From Lytechinus pictus (lineage: Eukaryota): 64,000 nucleotides of DNA. The stretch spans positions 12,030,001-12,094,000 of the forward strand of contig NC_087250.1 in the NCBI RefSeq assembly GCF_037042905.1. The letters run 5' to 3'. Numbering within the stretch: position 1 is the stretch's first letter; every line of letters begins with the position of its first letter. The notes under the pieces are model-generated. The model searched no databases. It was not told the origin of the DNA and saw only the letters and a list, made by a program, of their open reading frames with translations. Shown here piece after piece: positions 52,701 to 64,000 of the stretch. The position numbers were made by a program, and so were the translations under genes.

Positions 52701-55700
52701 TCTCTCTCTGTTAAGGATGACTATTTGGATTGTTACGGGGCTCCAGAGGTCATTGGTAAAATCGGGACGGACATAGAAGAGAATAAATGTGGTTGGCTGG
52801 TTGTTCAGGCTCTGAAGGGTTACATCAGAATGAAGAGAGAAAGATTCCAATGAAAATAGGAATAATTGCTTTCTTGTTTTTCTCTCTCTCTCTCTGTTAA
52901 GGATGACTATTTGGATTGTTACGGGGCTCCAGAGGTCATCGGTAAAATCGGGACGGACATAGAAGAGAGTAAATGTGGTTGGTTGGTTGTTCAGGCTCTG
53001 AAGGGTTACATCAGAATGAAGAGAGAAAGTTTCCAATGAAAATATGAATAATTGCTTTCTTGTTTTTCTCTCTCTCTCTCTGTTAAGGATGACTATTTGG
53101 ATTGTTACGGGGCTCCAGAGGTCATTGGTCAAATCAGGACGGACATAGAAGAGAATAAATGTGGTTGGTTGGTTGTTCAGGCTCTGAAGGGTTACCTCAG
53201 AATGAAGAGAGAAAGATTCCAATGAAAATATGAATAATTGCTTTCTTGTTTTTCTCTCTCTCTCTCTGTTTAGGATGACTATTTGGATTGTTACGGGGCT
53301 CCAGAGGTCATCGGTAAAATTGGGACGGACATAGAAGAGAGTATGATTGGTTGGTTGTTCAGGCTCTGAAGGGTTACATCAGAATGAAGAGAGAAAGATT
53401 CCAATGAAAATATGAATAATTGCTTTCTTGTTTTTCTCTCTCTCTCTCTGTTAAGGATGACTATTTGGATTGTTACGGGGCTCCAGAGGTCATTGGTTAA
53501 ATCGGGACGGACATAGAAGAGAGTAAATGTGATTGGTTGGTTGTTCAGGCTCTGAAGGGTTACATCAGAATGAAGAGAGAAAGATTCCAATGAAAATAGG
53601 AATAATTGCTTTCTTGTTTTTCTCTCTCTCTCTCTGTTAAGGATGACTATTTGGATTGTTACGGGGCTCCAGAGGTCATTGGTAAAATCGGGACGGACAT
53701 AGAAGAGAATAAATGTGGTTGGCTGGTTGTTCAGGCTCTGGAGGGTTACATCAGAATGAAGAGAGAAAGATTCCAATGAAAATAGGAATAATTGCTTTCT
53801 TGTTTTTCTCTCTCTCTCTCTGTTAAGGATGACTATTTGGATTGTTACGGGGCTCCAGAGGTCATCGGTAAAATCGGGACGGACATAGAAGAGAGTAAAT
53901 GTGGTTGGTTGGTTGTTCAGGCTCTGAAGGGTTACATCAGAATGAAGAGAGAAAGTTTCCAATGAAAATATGAATAATTGCTTTCTTGTTTTTCTCTCTC
54001 TCTCTCTGTTAAGGATGACTATTTGGATTGTTACGGGGCTCCAGAGGTCATTGGTCAAATCAGGACGGACATAGAAGAGAATAAATGTGGTTGGTTGGTT
54101 GTTCAGGCTCTGAAGGGTTACCTCAGAATGAAGAGAGAAAGATTCCAATGAAAATATGAATAATTGCTTTCTTGTTTTTCTCTCTCTCTCTCTGTTTAGG
54201 ATGACTATTTGGATTGTTACGGGGCTCCAGAGGTCATCGGTAAAATTGGGACGGACATAGAAGAGAGTATGATTGGTTGGTTGTTCAGGCTCTGAAGGGT
54301 TACATCAGAATGAAGAGAGAAAGATTCCAATGAAAATATGAATAATTGCTTTCTTGTTTTTCTCTCTCTCTCTCTGTTAAGGATGACTATTTGGATTGTT
54401 ACGGGGCTCCAGAGGTCATTGGTTAAATCGGGACGGACATAGAAGAGAGTAAATGTGATTGGTTGGTTGTTCAGGCTCTGAAGGGTTACATCAGAATGAA
54501 GAGAGAAAGATTCCAATGAAAATATGAATAATTGCTTTCTTGTTTTTCTCTCTCTCTCTCTGTTTAGGATGACTATTTGGATTGTTACGGGGCTCCAGAG
54601 GTCATCGGTAAAATCGGAACAGACATAGAAGAGAATAAATGTGATTGGTTGGTTGTCCAGGCTTTAAAGGGTTACCTCAGAATGAAGAGACAAAGATTCC
54701 AACGAAAATATAAATAATTTTTTTTCTCTCTCTCTCTGTTTAGGATGACTATTTGGATTGTTACGGTGCTCAAGAGGTCATCGGTAAAATCGGAACAGAC
54801 ATAGAAGAGAATAAATGTGGTCGGTTGGTTGTTCAGGCTCTGAAGGGTTACATCAGAATGAAGAGAGAAAGATTCCAATGAAAATATAAATAATTGTTTT
54901 TTTTTTCTCTCTCTCTGTTTAGGATGACTATTTGGATTGTTACGGGGCTCCAGAGGTCATCGGTAAAATCGGAACGGACATAGAGGAGAATAAATGCGGT
55001 TGGCTGGTTGTTCAGGCTCTGAAGGGTTACATCAGAATGAAGAGAGAAAGATTCCAATGAAAATATGAATAATTGCTTTCTTGTTTTTCTCTCTCTCTCT
55101 CTGTTAAGGATGACTATTTGGATTGTTACGGGGCTCCAGAGGTCATTGGTAAAATCGGGACGGACATAGAAGAGAATAAATGTGGTTGGCTGGTTGTTCA
55201 GGCTCTGAAGGGTTACATCAGAATGAAGAGAGAAAGATTCCAATGAAAATAGGAATAATTGCTTTCTTGTTTTTCTCTCTCTCTCTCTGTTAAGGATGAC
55301 TATTTGGATTGTTACGGGGCTCCAGAGGTCATCGGTAAAATCGGGACGGACATAGAAGAGAGTAAATGTGGTTGGTTGGTTGTTCAGGCTCTGAAGGGTT
55401 ACATCAGAATGAAGAGAGAAAGTTTCCAATGAAAATATGAATAATTGCTTTCTTGTTTTTCTCTCTCTCTCTCTGTTAAGGATGACTATTTGGATTGTTA
55501 CGGGGCTCCAGAGGTCATTGGTCAAATCAGGACGGACATAGAAGAGAATAAATGTGGTTGGTTGGTTGTTCAGGCTCTGAAGGGTTACCTCAGAATGAAG
55601 AGAGAAAGATTCCAATGAAAATATGAATAATTGCTTTCTTGTTTTTCTCTCTCTCTCTCTGTTTAGGATGACTATTTGGATTGTTACGGGGCTCCAGAGG

Positions 55701-56904
55701 TCATCGGTAAAATTGGGACGGACATAGAAGAGAGTATGATTGGTTGGTTGTTCAGGCTCTGAAGGGTTACATCAGAATGAAGAGAGAAAGATTCCAATGA
55801 AAATATGAATAATTGCTTTCTTGTTTTTCTCTCTCTCTCTCTGTTAAGGATGACTATTTGGATTGTTACGGGGCTCCAGAGGTCATTGGTTAAATCGGGA
55901 CGGACATAGAAGAGAGTAAATGTGATTGGTTGGTTGTTCAGGCTCTGAAGGGTTACATCAGAATGAAGAGAGAAAGATTCCAATGAAAATATGAATAATT
56001 GCTTTCTTGTTTTTCTCTCTCTCTCTCTGTTTAGGATGACTATTTGGATTGTTACGGGGCTCCAGAGGTCATCGGTAAAATCGGAACAGACATAGAAGAG
56101 AATAAATGTGATTGGTTGGTTGTCCAGGCTTTAAAGGGTTACCTCAGAATGAAGAGACAAAGATTCCAACGAAAATATAAATAATTTTTTTTCTCTCTCT
56201 CTCTGTTTAGGATGACTATTTGGATTGTTACGGTGCTCAAGAGGTCATCGGTAAAATCGGAACAGACATAGAAGAGAATAAATGTGGTCGGTTGGTTGTT
56301 CAGGCTCTGAAGGGTTACATCAGAATGAAGAGAGAAAGATTCCAATGAAAATATAAATAATTGTTTTTTTTTTCTCTCTCTCTGTTTAGGATGACTATTT
56401 GGATTGTTACGGGGCTCCAGAGGTCATCGGTAAAATCGGAACGGACATAGAGGAGAATAAATGCGGTTGGCTGGTTGTTCAGGCGCTGAAGAGGGTCACC
56501 CCGGAACAGAGAAGTATACTCGAGGTAAATATTCTTTGATTGAATTAAGTTTCAGATAACTAAAGCTCACTTTATTTCCTAATTTAAGGACTTTGCCCCC
56601 CCCCCCTTGCTCTCACTTGATGCTTGACGTTAATGAAGAGATCATCACGGAATCAGTTATGAAATACCTGTATGATATTTCTCTCCCTCTTTTTGTTTAT
56701 TAGGAAAACTATGGCATAGATGATGCCGAGAAGGTCGCGAAGGTGAAAGAACTCTACGCGACCCTTGACCTGGAGGGCGTTTATAGGTCGTATGAAGAAT
56801 CCAGCTATAATGATTTGATGGATACAATTAACAGCCACAGTGAAACGTTACCGAAAGATATATTTGTCGCTTTCGCCAAGAGGATTTATAAAAGGAATAA
56901 GTAA
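40459..56904 (+). CDS. FDPS: Farnesyl pyrophosphate synthase, spliced: join(40459-40703,41936-42071,43524-43664,44432-44512,45324-45446,47178-47266,48231-48303,49123-49200,56390-56524,56704-56904), 433 aa
   Basis: All introns are GT-AG with consistent phases, and the total of 1302 nt ends in TAA. The translation has [26 protein letters not shown] (FARM), [34 protein letters not shown] (SARM), [14 protein letters not shown] and C-terminal KRIYKRNK, collinear with animal FPPS. Confidence 0.95.
41162..41743 (-). repeat. Seven tandem 81-83-bp tRNA-like SINE heads in the FDPS intron after coding exon 1
   Basis: Unit TTTGGGGCGTTGTGGTCTAGTGGTTACGACTCGTCTTTCAATCAGAGGGACGTGGGTTCGAATCCCAACCAAGGCGTG with Pol III A and B boxes; matches the SINE heads at 49630-49702 and 60798-60875. 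Confidence 0.92.
41936..42071 (+). CDS. FDPS: FDPS exon 2 ([45 protein letters not shown])
   Basis: ttcAG acceptor and gag|gtaaga donor; matches the FPPS N-terminal helices; second ATG at 41949. Confidence 0.92.
42620..43065. mobile_element. PIF/Harbinger-like MITE inserted in a decayed exon-3 copy
   Basis: TTA|GACACCATTCTCATTAT...ATAATGAGAACAGGGTC|TTA; removing it restores exon-like sequence. Confidence 0.75.
43245..43344. mobile_element. 100-bp hairpin hAT-like MITE in a decayed exon-3 copy
   Basis: Near-perfect ~40-bp stem with a 10-nt loop; 8-bp TSD GGGAATGG (43237-43244, 43345-43352). Confidence 0.85.
43524..43664 (+). CDS. FDPS: FDPS exon 3 ([17 protein letters not shown]...GWCVEW)
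   Basis: tttcAG acceptor and tgg|gtaaat donor; 47 codons; GGKxxR motif. Confidence 0.95.
44432..44512 (+). CDS. FDPS: FDPS exon 4, first aspartate-rich motif ([27 protein letters not shown])
   Basis: ttttcAG acceptor and aag|gtatgg donor; DDxxD with aromatic Y/F at -5/-4, the chain-length signature of C15 FPPS. Confidence 0.96.
44525..45212. repeat. (GAT/GGT)n microsatellite interrupted by a foldback element (44610-45020)
   Basis: Direct reading. Confidence 0.85.
45324..45446 (+). CDS. FDPS: FDPS exon 5 ([25 protein letters not shown]...ELFHE)
   Basis: tAG acceptor and gag|gtttgt donor; AIND motif. Confidence 0.93.
47178..47266 (+). CDS. FDPS: FDPS exon 6 ([29 protein letters not shown])
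   Basis: tgcAG acceptor and ag|gtaatt donor; GQxxD motif. Confidence 0.94.
48231..48303 (+). CDS. FDPS: FDPS exon 7 ([24 protein letters not shown])
   Basis: taacAG acceptor and atg|gtgagt donor; KT motif. Confidence 0.95.
49123..49200 (+). CDS. FDPS: FDPS exon 8 ([26 protein letters not shown])
   Basis: atcAG acceptor and cag|gtaagt donor; FQxQ preceding the SARM. Confidence 0.95.
49490..49705 (-). mobile_element. tRNA-derived SINE
   Basis: Reverse complement of the SINE head and core seen at 17835. Confidence 0.82.
49870..56490 (+). repeat. Tandem array of ~186-bp units (35 truncated copies plus the real exon) of FDPS intron 8 acceptor and partial exon 9
   Basis: AG|GATGACTATTTGGATTG recurs 36 times from 49926 to 56390, with periods of 176-190 bp (mostly 186). 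Confidence 0.97.
56390..56524 (+). CDS. FDPS: FDPS exon 9, second aspartate-rich motif; the only complete copy ([45 protein letters not shown])
   Basis: Last unit of the tandem array; the only one continuing to [12 protein letters not shown] and a gag|gtaaat donor. Confidence 0.93.
56704..56904 (+). CDS. FDPS: FDPS terminal exon ([18 protein letters not shown]...KRIYKRNK*)
   Basis: ttAG acceptor, 66 codons plus TAA; basic FPPS C-terminus. Confidence 0.95.
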   Translation, partial: ENYGIDDAEKVAKVKELYATLDLEGVYRSYEESSYNDLMDTINSHSETLPKDIFVAFAKRIYKRNK

Positions 56905-57236
56905 ACTGTTTTTTTTATATATACATCAGTTGATTTTTGAAAGGAATAATTAAACTGTTTCGGGGATATATACATGTTCAGTCCATTTGTGCCCCAGAGA
57001 AAAAAAAATTCTACTAATCTTATTATTATTTTTTGTAATCTATGTGTACAGATTACAGCTTTCCTAATATTCTGTATATATACAGATTGGTATATAAATC
57101 GTAATTTGTCTCATAATATATTCTTTGTACAGATTGCAGTAATCTGTAGAAACTTGTAATCTGCATGTAGAGATTAGGTGAAGTACCACAATCTATTTCG
57201 ATTATTATAAAAGCTGTAATTTCTATACTCGGATCA

Positions 57237-57500
57237 GGGCCATGTCTTACAAAGAGTTGCAATTGATCCGATCAATCAGAGCTTTGGACGGCAAGCAACT
57301 TCAACATCTATTATGCATGTTTGTTCAAAATATTTTCTAACTACGATGCATATTTTCACGTATTCATTGTTTTCTTGAAAATTCACTGTGCTTCTCTTTG
57401 TTCACAAAGGACATTGTGCAAATATCCTGTAGAAATTTTTTTTACACTGATGGATTTCCATAGAGTTACGATCAATCGTAACTCTTTGTAAGACAGGGTC
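57237..57500. mobile_element. MITE (GGGCC..GTCTTACAAAGAGTT TIR); relative at ~4463-4906
   Basis: Inverted termini GTCTTACAAAGAGTT/AACTCTTTGTAAGAC. Confidence 0.7.
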
Positions 57501-57853
57501 CATAGGAAATAATATTTGGTTTTCCTCTGTGGCACGAATGGTCTGTTGTTGATATATTCTGGGATGTTTAACTTGTATACCTTTTTTTTATAGATAAATG
57601 AGGGATAGGAATGCATGTTCAGGTTCTGAACCCCTTAAATCATGGCATTTGATTGGCTGAGAGCATATATTCTGAATAATTAACACTGATATCAAGTTTG
57701 TGAAAGTAGGGCTTGGCCCATTCCAGCTTAAAATTGTATTATGTACATGTTTTCTGTTGCCTAAGAGCAAATTTATTTTAATTATTCTCAGACAGTTATT
57801 AATGACGTGAGTGCCAAATGTGTTTATCAAACTGCTACTGTTAATTTTCTTAA

Positions 57854-58412
57854 CCTTTGAACCCTTACTTATTGGGACGGTCGTGAACCTCACCCTGAAT
57901 TACTTGCAGATATCAAGCTTATCGGTAAAATGAAGAAATACATGACATTTGAAATATCTTGTGATTCAAGCCCCGCCGTGCCAGCGGCACCTTACTCCGC
58001 TGGTAACCGGCCTGGCCCGTCTGATGTTGATAGCTGTTCCATGCTGATGATAATCTCAGATATTGTCTCAAAATCAAAATCACTGCTTTGACAGAAGTAA
58101 GATTCATCAATAGCTTATGCATAATCTGTATACGACTTGCCATATTATCACACAAGTTTATTTGGTAGTATATTTTGGCCATTTTTTACATGCTAAAACC
58201 TGACAAATGAAAGCCATTATCGGTGATATTAACTGGAGTTATCAACTAAAAATCTCTAAGATGACATCATTTTTCAAAGGTCATCTCACATACGAACCCT
58301 TGGTTTTTTAGTCAAATGACTTGAAGCGTTATTCCTGCTTTTTGGTTACAGTTGTATTTGCGTTTGCTTGTTCATGGTGAAGCCGATTTTCAGGCTTTTC
58401 GGGTTCAAAGGG
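57854..58412. mobile_element. piggyBac-like non-autonomous element
   Basis: TTAA|CCTTTGAACCC...GGGTTCAAAGGG|TTAA. Confidence 0.65.
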
Positions 58413-60289
58413 TTAAAGATGTGTGTCATAATCGGCTACCAGGGTGAGGAAAAATTTACATATTATAGGGGCTATTATTTTGCCACATTGGAGCGATTAG
58501 TGAATATAACATTGACTGGCCTTGAGAAGAACATCATATAATGCGCCAAAGCATACTATTTAGCAATTTTTTTTTGCCCGTAGCCCTCTTGTATTGCATA
58601 CACTATTGGCTTTCCAATGTCAAATTTCCATAGACAACTTTGGACTAGAGATACGGTCCAGTGTATTCAATATTCAATTTTTTACGTGTACCTTATGTCA
58701 CTCAGGAAAATAATATTTGAAAAAAAATCTAAATGATTGGATTATTTATTACTGGAATATTACAACATATACAGTATGTCCATGTAGTAAGTTCTGTTGG
58801 AAGTGTAAGCAATTAATCAAACTTTTTGTATTATTGTATTATGGAAACGAGCTAGAAACAGGACATGCTGCAAATTGGCAATGCAGAAGGAAATGAAAGT
58901 TTGATGGGGGACCTAAAGCTATGCACTTTGTTTACAACTGATTAAAAAAGTATGACAATTTTGATATTTGAACATATTTTTTTACTCTAATTTGTGGTAT
59001 AATTCTAAAGATCATTATTAAACCACGAAGAAAATTTCACTAAAACCCTACCATGCTTTCCGAACACATCTTGATTTGATTTTGCTGTCCAATGTGGAAG
59101 GGGTCCCAAAGATACACACTCCATTTATCATGCAAAGAAACTGTTTTTCCTGTGCCTCAATTTCCAATATATATGTTCATATTATCATAGGAAAATAAGA
59201 AAATAAAGTGATTGTGGATTTTCTCTGTATTTTGTGGCTTATTGCAGCCTCTGTAGAAAATCAGAATAGGAATTGTTCATACTGCAGACACAGTTCCTAA
59301 CATAAAGAGCACATTTTGCCATTGAAATTGATGCGCACTGACTGGTGCGTAGCTTTGGGACCCCTTTACCATATGTCATATATTAAGCGTGTAATACTGT
59401 TTTCAGTAACTCATGATTTGCACCATTGATTGCGTTCAGTAACTATTGCAGAGACTGCGCTACTTTTACAATCACCCATTAAAAAACTCTGGCATGCAGG
59501 CCTGGCACTGGTCTGGTGCTGACAAAAGCAGCCTGAAAAATGACCCGGGCCTGAAATAGCCAGCGCCATTCATAAACTCAAAATTTTACGACTTAGCCCC
59601 GAGATTAATCCGGGTAATTGAGTTATTGAAAGCGGCATGATGTAGACCACTCTTCTGATTGCATGCCATTCATAGTTTGCTATATTCGTCATTTTCTGTC
59701 AGAATAATGGATGCATGATTTTTTATTTGTAAATAAAATACTATATAGGCCAAATCATTCCAAGATGATGGCTTTTGAATCTGTGATCTGCACCCATGTT
59801 ATATGCAGATTTCGTTCATTATAAAGGTTAAAGACAGTAGTTGCAGCAAACAATTATTTCATGAGAAAGTCTTTTACCGGTAATCAAGGTTAATTGTCAA
59901 AATATTATCGACGTAGAGTTCTTGTACATTAATGTTAACTTATCTTTGTAAAATCATGAAATCTTAGCTCAAAATTGATAATTCTGATTATCACCAACAA
60001 AGAAAAGCATATGTGGGTCAACGTATCAATATTGCTTCAAAAACTACCCGACACGTGCTTATTTTGCTTATTTCTCAGCAATTATGAATTTTCTTCCAGA
60101 GCTATTTGATATGAAATGCTGCATGCTAAATGAACGGAGTGTTTCAATATTCATTTTTATGCCATGATGTGCAAGCTATGTATATTTATGCAGGAGACTG
60201 AGGAATGAGAGCAAATATGTGTCTATGATTTTTGTATCGCAATGCATTATGGGATGGAATAATAATAGACAGAACCGTAATTGTGTATA

Positions 60290-60570
60290 ATAATAATAAT
60301 AATAACTATTACTTATTTAACATTTTTTGTCCGAGGATACAGAGCGCAACTTAAATTACTTCGACTTGAGCCCGAGCTACCGCTTTATCAGAAGTGATCT
60401 GTATTCAAGGAACTAATTGTGCCGGGTACCCATTCACCTCACCTGGGTTGAGTGCAGCACAAAGAGTGTAAATTTCTTGCTGAAGGAAAACATTCCATGA
60501 CTGGGATTCAAACCCACGACCATCTGTTTGAAAGACGAGAGGCAGAACCATTGAACCTTGACCGGCCCAC
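60290..60570 (-). mobile_element. tRNA-derived SINE
   Basis: GGGTACCCATTCACCTCACCTGGGTTGAGTGCAGCAC core; (AAT)n tail. Confidence 0.8.
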
Positions 60571-60797
60571 TAATAGAACTTTTTGATGAACAACACCTGT
60601 TTGTTCATCTATTTTGATCTCTTTGTTACCACCTCATTCGATTGTACGGTATTCTTTGGAAATTTGATATTTTTCAAGTTTCTATACTTCTACAATAATT
60701 ATGGATAATATTAAGAGAGCAATATTGAGCAAAGTGTGAGCAATTTCCATTGAGACAGACAATATTGGATTTGATTGTTGTGTTCTCTTCACAATGT

Positions 60798-61375
60798 GGG
60801 GGCGTCGTGGTCTATCTAGTGGTTAAGAATCTCATCTTTCAATCTGAAGGACGGGGGTCCGATTACAACCATGGCATGTTTTCCTTCAGCAAGAAATTTA
60901 CCCACTTTGTGCTGCACTCAACCCAGGTGAGGTAAATAGGTACTGGCAGGAAGTAATTCCTCTGAAAGCTGTGCACATGGGAATCAGTAGACTAGCTTAG
61001 CCGGGGTAATATAGGAGCGCCTTGAGCATCTAGCAAGGTAGTCCACCTCCTGGACTGTTGTTATTTGGTACGATACGACTACCAAACACAACACACTACA
61101 TCCCCAGAACACGCATACACACACCCCCTGAATAGTCACATAGTCGGGGAAAGTGAATCAGTGGGTTAGGTCAATCACTGGGTTAGGCGAATCACTGGGG
61201 GTAAGTGAATCAGTGGAGGGCGTGTGTGTGTTGGTTATGTGTGCGCGCAGGGGTATCGGTACGGTCCGATAGGGTTCGCCCCTTTGGATTGCCCAATCAA
61301 TAAAAATCATCCAGGACGTGGACTACTAGCAAGGTGGATACGTGCACTATACAAATCCTATATAATTATATATAA
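60798..61375 (+). mobile_element. tRNA-derived SINE interrupted by a DNA element (61039-61325) with a 9-bp TSD; a further SINE follows at 61383-61560
   Basis: TIR TAGTCCACCTCCTGGA/TCCAGGACGTGGACTA; TSD CTAGCAAGG at 61030-61038 and 61326-61334. Confidence 0.8.
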
Positions 61376-61574
61376 TGTACTGGAGCATTGTGGCCCAGTC
61401 TCTGTACTTTGAAACAGAGGGTCGCAGGTTTGGATCACAGCCATGCACAGCAGTGATTTCCTTCAGCAAGAAATTGATCCACATTGTGCTGCACTCAACC
61501 CAGGTGAGGTAAACGGGTACCTGGCAGGAATTTATTCCTTGAAACACTTGAGAGCGAAACAGTAGCTTGGTTAA

Positions 61575-61968
61575 AGAGAAATTCCAGTATTTGCAGTAAA
61601 CACTGATTTCATGAGAAAGTCTGTAAAACAAGGCTTAATTGTCAGTATATCATCGAGGATCTAGATCTGGTACAGTTACATAAACTGAACTTTGTGAAAT
61701 CTTGAAATCTACGCTGAAAAATGTTCACACTGAAGATCACCAACACAGATAGGCACACGTGGGACAGTGTATTATTATTGCTAAAATAAAGACCCGACGG
61801 AAGTGACCGAATCCGCGCTTATTTTGCTTATTTCTCGGCAATTACACAATTTCTTCCAGAATCCTTTGGCACATATTTTTTATTCATACAAACAGACACT
61901 TAGGTGGTCATTATATTAGATTCTGTAAAAAGTCATTTTTAGATCGTTACCAAAACTGGAATTTATCT
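61575..61968. mobile_element. Kolobok-like MITE; decayed relatives at ~43910-44210, ~46600-47030 and ~59835-60110
   Basis: TTAA|AGAGAAATTCCAGT...ACTGGAATTTATCT|TTAA. Confidence 0.82.
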
Positions 61969-63088
61969 TTAAGCCCAAAGTAAATATGCTGCATTTATCG
62001 TAGAGTGCTATAGAGACTTTGATATATAGGTAGCCTACATGTAATAGGCACTATATAATCAAGTACATGTATAATTCTTATTGGTGGTAGTGTAGTACTA
62101 GAATTCTGTCCCATAATGGTAAAGCCACATGCTGTAACTCAATGAATTCTACAATGTGAACTGTTAAGAACAAATACATTGATTTGTGAAAATACATCTA
62201 TAATATGTATAATTGCTTCATGGATATTATTTTATTTTCTTGTCACTGAATGTCTGGGGAGCATTTCATCATGAAACAGTGATTTCTACTGACTGATGTT
62301 ATAAGCTACCAAAATCCTTGCATCTGATTGGCTCGGAAAGAGTCAGTCAGTGAAAAGCACTAAGTATTTGCTTCGTGAAATACCCCCCCTGGCCCTGGAA
62401 GCAATGAAGGATGGGAGAAAAGATTGAGGAAGAGGGGGGTGCATTTGTAGAGAAAAAGTGGGAGAGAGAGCAACGGAGATAGAGATAAGAGGTAAAGAGG
62501 AAAAAATCTTTGTATTTCAGAATATAAATAAAAAAGAAGGAAAGAGTGTGTTTGTGTGAGAGAGAGAGGGGGGGGGAGCAGAAGATACAGAAAATAAAAG
62601 AGTTAAAAGAGCAGGAAAATTATTAAAACTTGTTTGTGGTAGAGGTACAATTTAATTTGAAGTCTCCTTTAAACTTTATCTTTAGTTTCTCACGTCCGCC
62701 TTCTCTCCCCGTTTCCTACCACTTTGTCAATCTTTTCTTTCAGTCATACTTTCCTTTCACAGCCTTTCTCCTTACATGTATTTCCCGTTTCTTTAATTCT
62801 TTCCTTCAGATTACTAACATAATATTGATTTTTGCAGCCTTTTTTCTATCATCCACTCTGTCCATCACTTATCCCCTTCCCTTTCCTCCTTTCTCTCCCC
62901 TCTCTAATGCATCTCCTTTTCACTTTTTTAATATTGCTCTTTTGTCTTTTTCTCCTGACCTATCTCTCTCATTCTTTCCATTATTTTCTCTCTTTTTCTC
63001 AATCCTCATTGTTTTAGTCTGCAAGCACAGTCTCGTATTTGATACTTCAACCAATTATAACATGTCTAGAGTGAGCCACAGAACATAT

Positions 63089-63398
63089 TGGCCTGTATTC
63101 TGAAGTCGGGTTTAACTTAAACTCGGGTTTAAAGTTGTGATTTAAGTATGGACAGCCAATTGTTACATAATCACTAACAGTAGATATATACTTTCAGCTT
63201 ATTTGGCTCTCAAATCATTCATAATTGTCTAGGAAGTATAAATAGATGATTGTCTTCACCATCTATGAATCAGGAAAGAGCACAGTAAACATAAAAAACA
63301 TACGACTTAATAAAAAATTTGATACTTTTGGCTTCCCATACTTAAACCACAACTTTAAACCTGAGTTTAAGTTAAACCCGACTTCACAATACGGGCCA
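63089..63398. mobile_element. MITE with ~50-bp TIRs
   Basis: GGCCTGTATTCTGAAGTCGGGTTTAACTTAAACTC / GAGTTTAAGTTAAACCCGACTTCACAATACGGGCC. Confidence 0.85.
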
Positions 63399-64000
63399 GT
63401 GAATCTAGTCTCACTACTTCAGACTCTGCATTATTATGCAATACGATAATGGGGAAAATCTAGGATCTGTGTCTGCAGACTATTTTCTTATGTATCAAAC
63501 AAAAATACTATAGTAAAATTACCAACATGTATACCACGAATTAGAGAAACAGTACAAATAGTTTATTTACACACACAAATTCTACAATACAAAATTAGAA
63601 GAGATAAGAGTTGGAACGAATGAAAATGTTACGATAACATGATTTAACCCTCTTTCAGGAAAACCTTGCAAATTTTCTGGTTTCCCTTGAACACTGGATC
63701 TTAATCTATAAATACCACCTGGCTTATGAAGCCCACTTTTCTAGTCTTCCTATGCAAAAGATCAAAGGTCTGTACTTGCAGACTACATTGGATGTATTGT
63801 AATTTGGGAAAATATTCGGGGGGGGGGGGGGGTGTAATCCTCATTGGGGCCATATGCAGTTGCACAAACATGACTCTAGCTAAATTAATTCATTCTAAAG
63901 AAATATCAACTACATGCTATGATTAAATGCACTACAATACAGACAATCTACACTGTTCTATAATACATTATAAAAGTATATTCTCATAATTTTCATATCA

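Noticed and set aside
50212..56345. Long minus-strand repetitive ORFs (up to 474 aa)
   Set aside because: A by-product of a 186-bp (62-codon) unit lacking stops in one antisense frame. The ORFs are broken by 4-nt indels, and the sense strand explains the sequence as FDPS exon copies.
49926..56389. Dscam-like mutually exclusive exon cassette
   Set aside because: The copies lack the exon's 3' quarter and donor (only a weak, out-of-phase AAGG|GTTAC), and several carry stops or frameshifts.
49926..56389. CRISPR-like array
   Set aside because: No unique spacers; the whole unit repeats; eukaryotic intron context.

Overview
AT-rich, intron-containing animal genomic DNA, densely populated by MITEs, LINEs and tRNA-derived SINEs. 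The repeat landscape resembles a sea urchin or other echinoderm; this is an inference. Two spliced genes can be reconstructed by hand. (1) A + strand Ly6/uPAR three-finger (quiver-like), probably GPI-anchored protein, with exons 9373-9497 and 23321-23530; its signal-peptide exon was not found. (2) A complete + strand farnesyl pyrophosphate synthase (FDPS/FPPS) with 10 coding exons from 40459 to 56904 (433 aa, with an N-terminal extension that looks like a transit peptide). The most striking structure is inside FDPS. The exon carrying the second DDxxD motif is preceded by 35 tandem ~186-bp copies of [polypyrimidine tract + 3' splice site + 5' three-quarters of the exon], none with the real donor. 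An older decayed array of the same design sits before FDPS exon 3, and a single such copy sits before the Ly6 exon. Other highlights are a 7-unit array of tRNA-like SINE heads in an FDPS intron, a hAT element inserted in inverted orientation into a copy of itself, and a LINE-in-MITE-in-MITE nest. All coordinates and alignments were done by eye.
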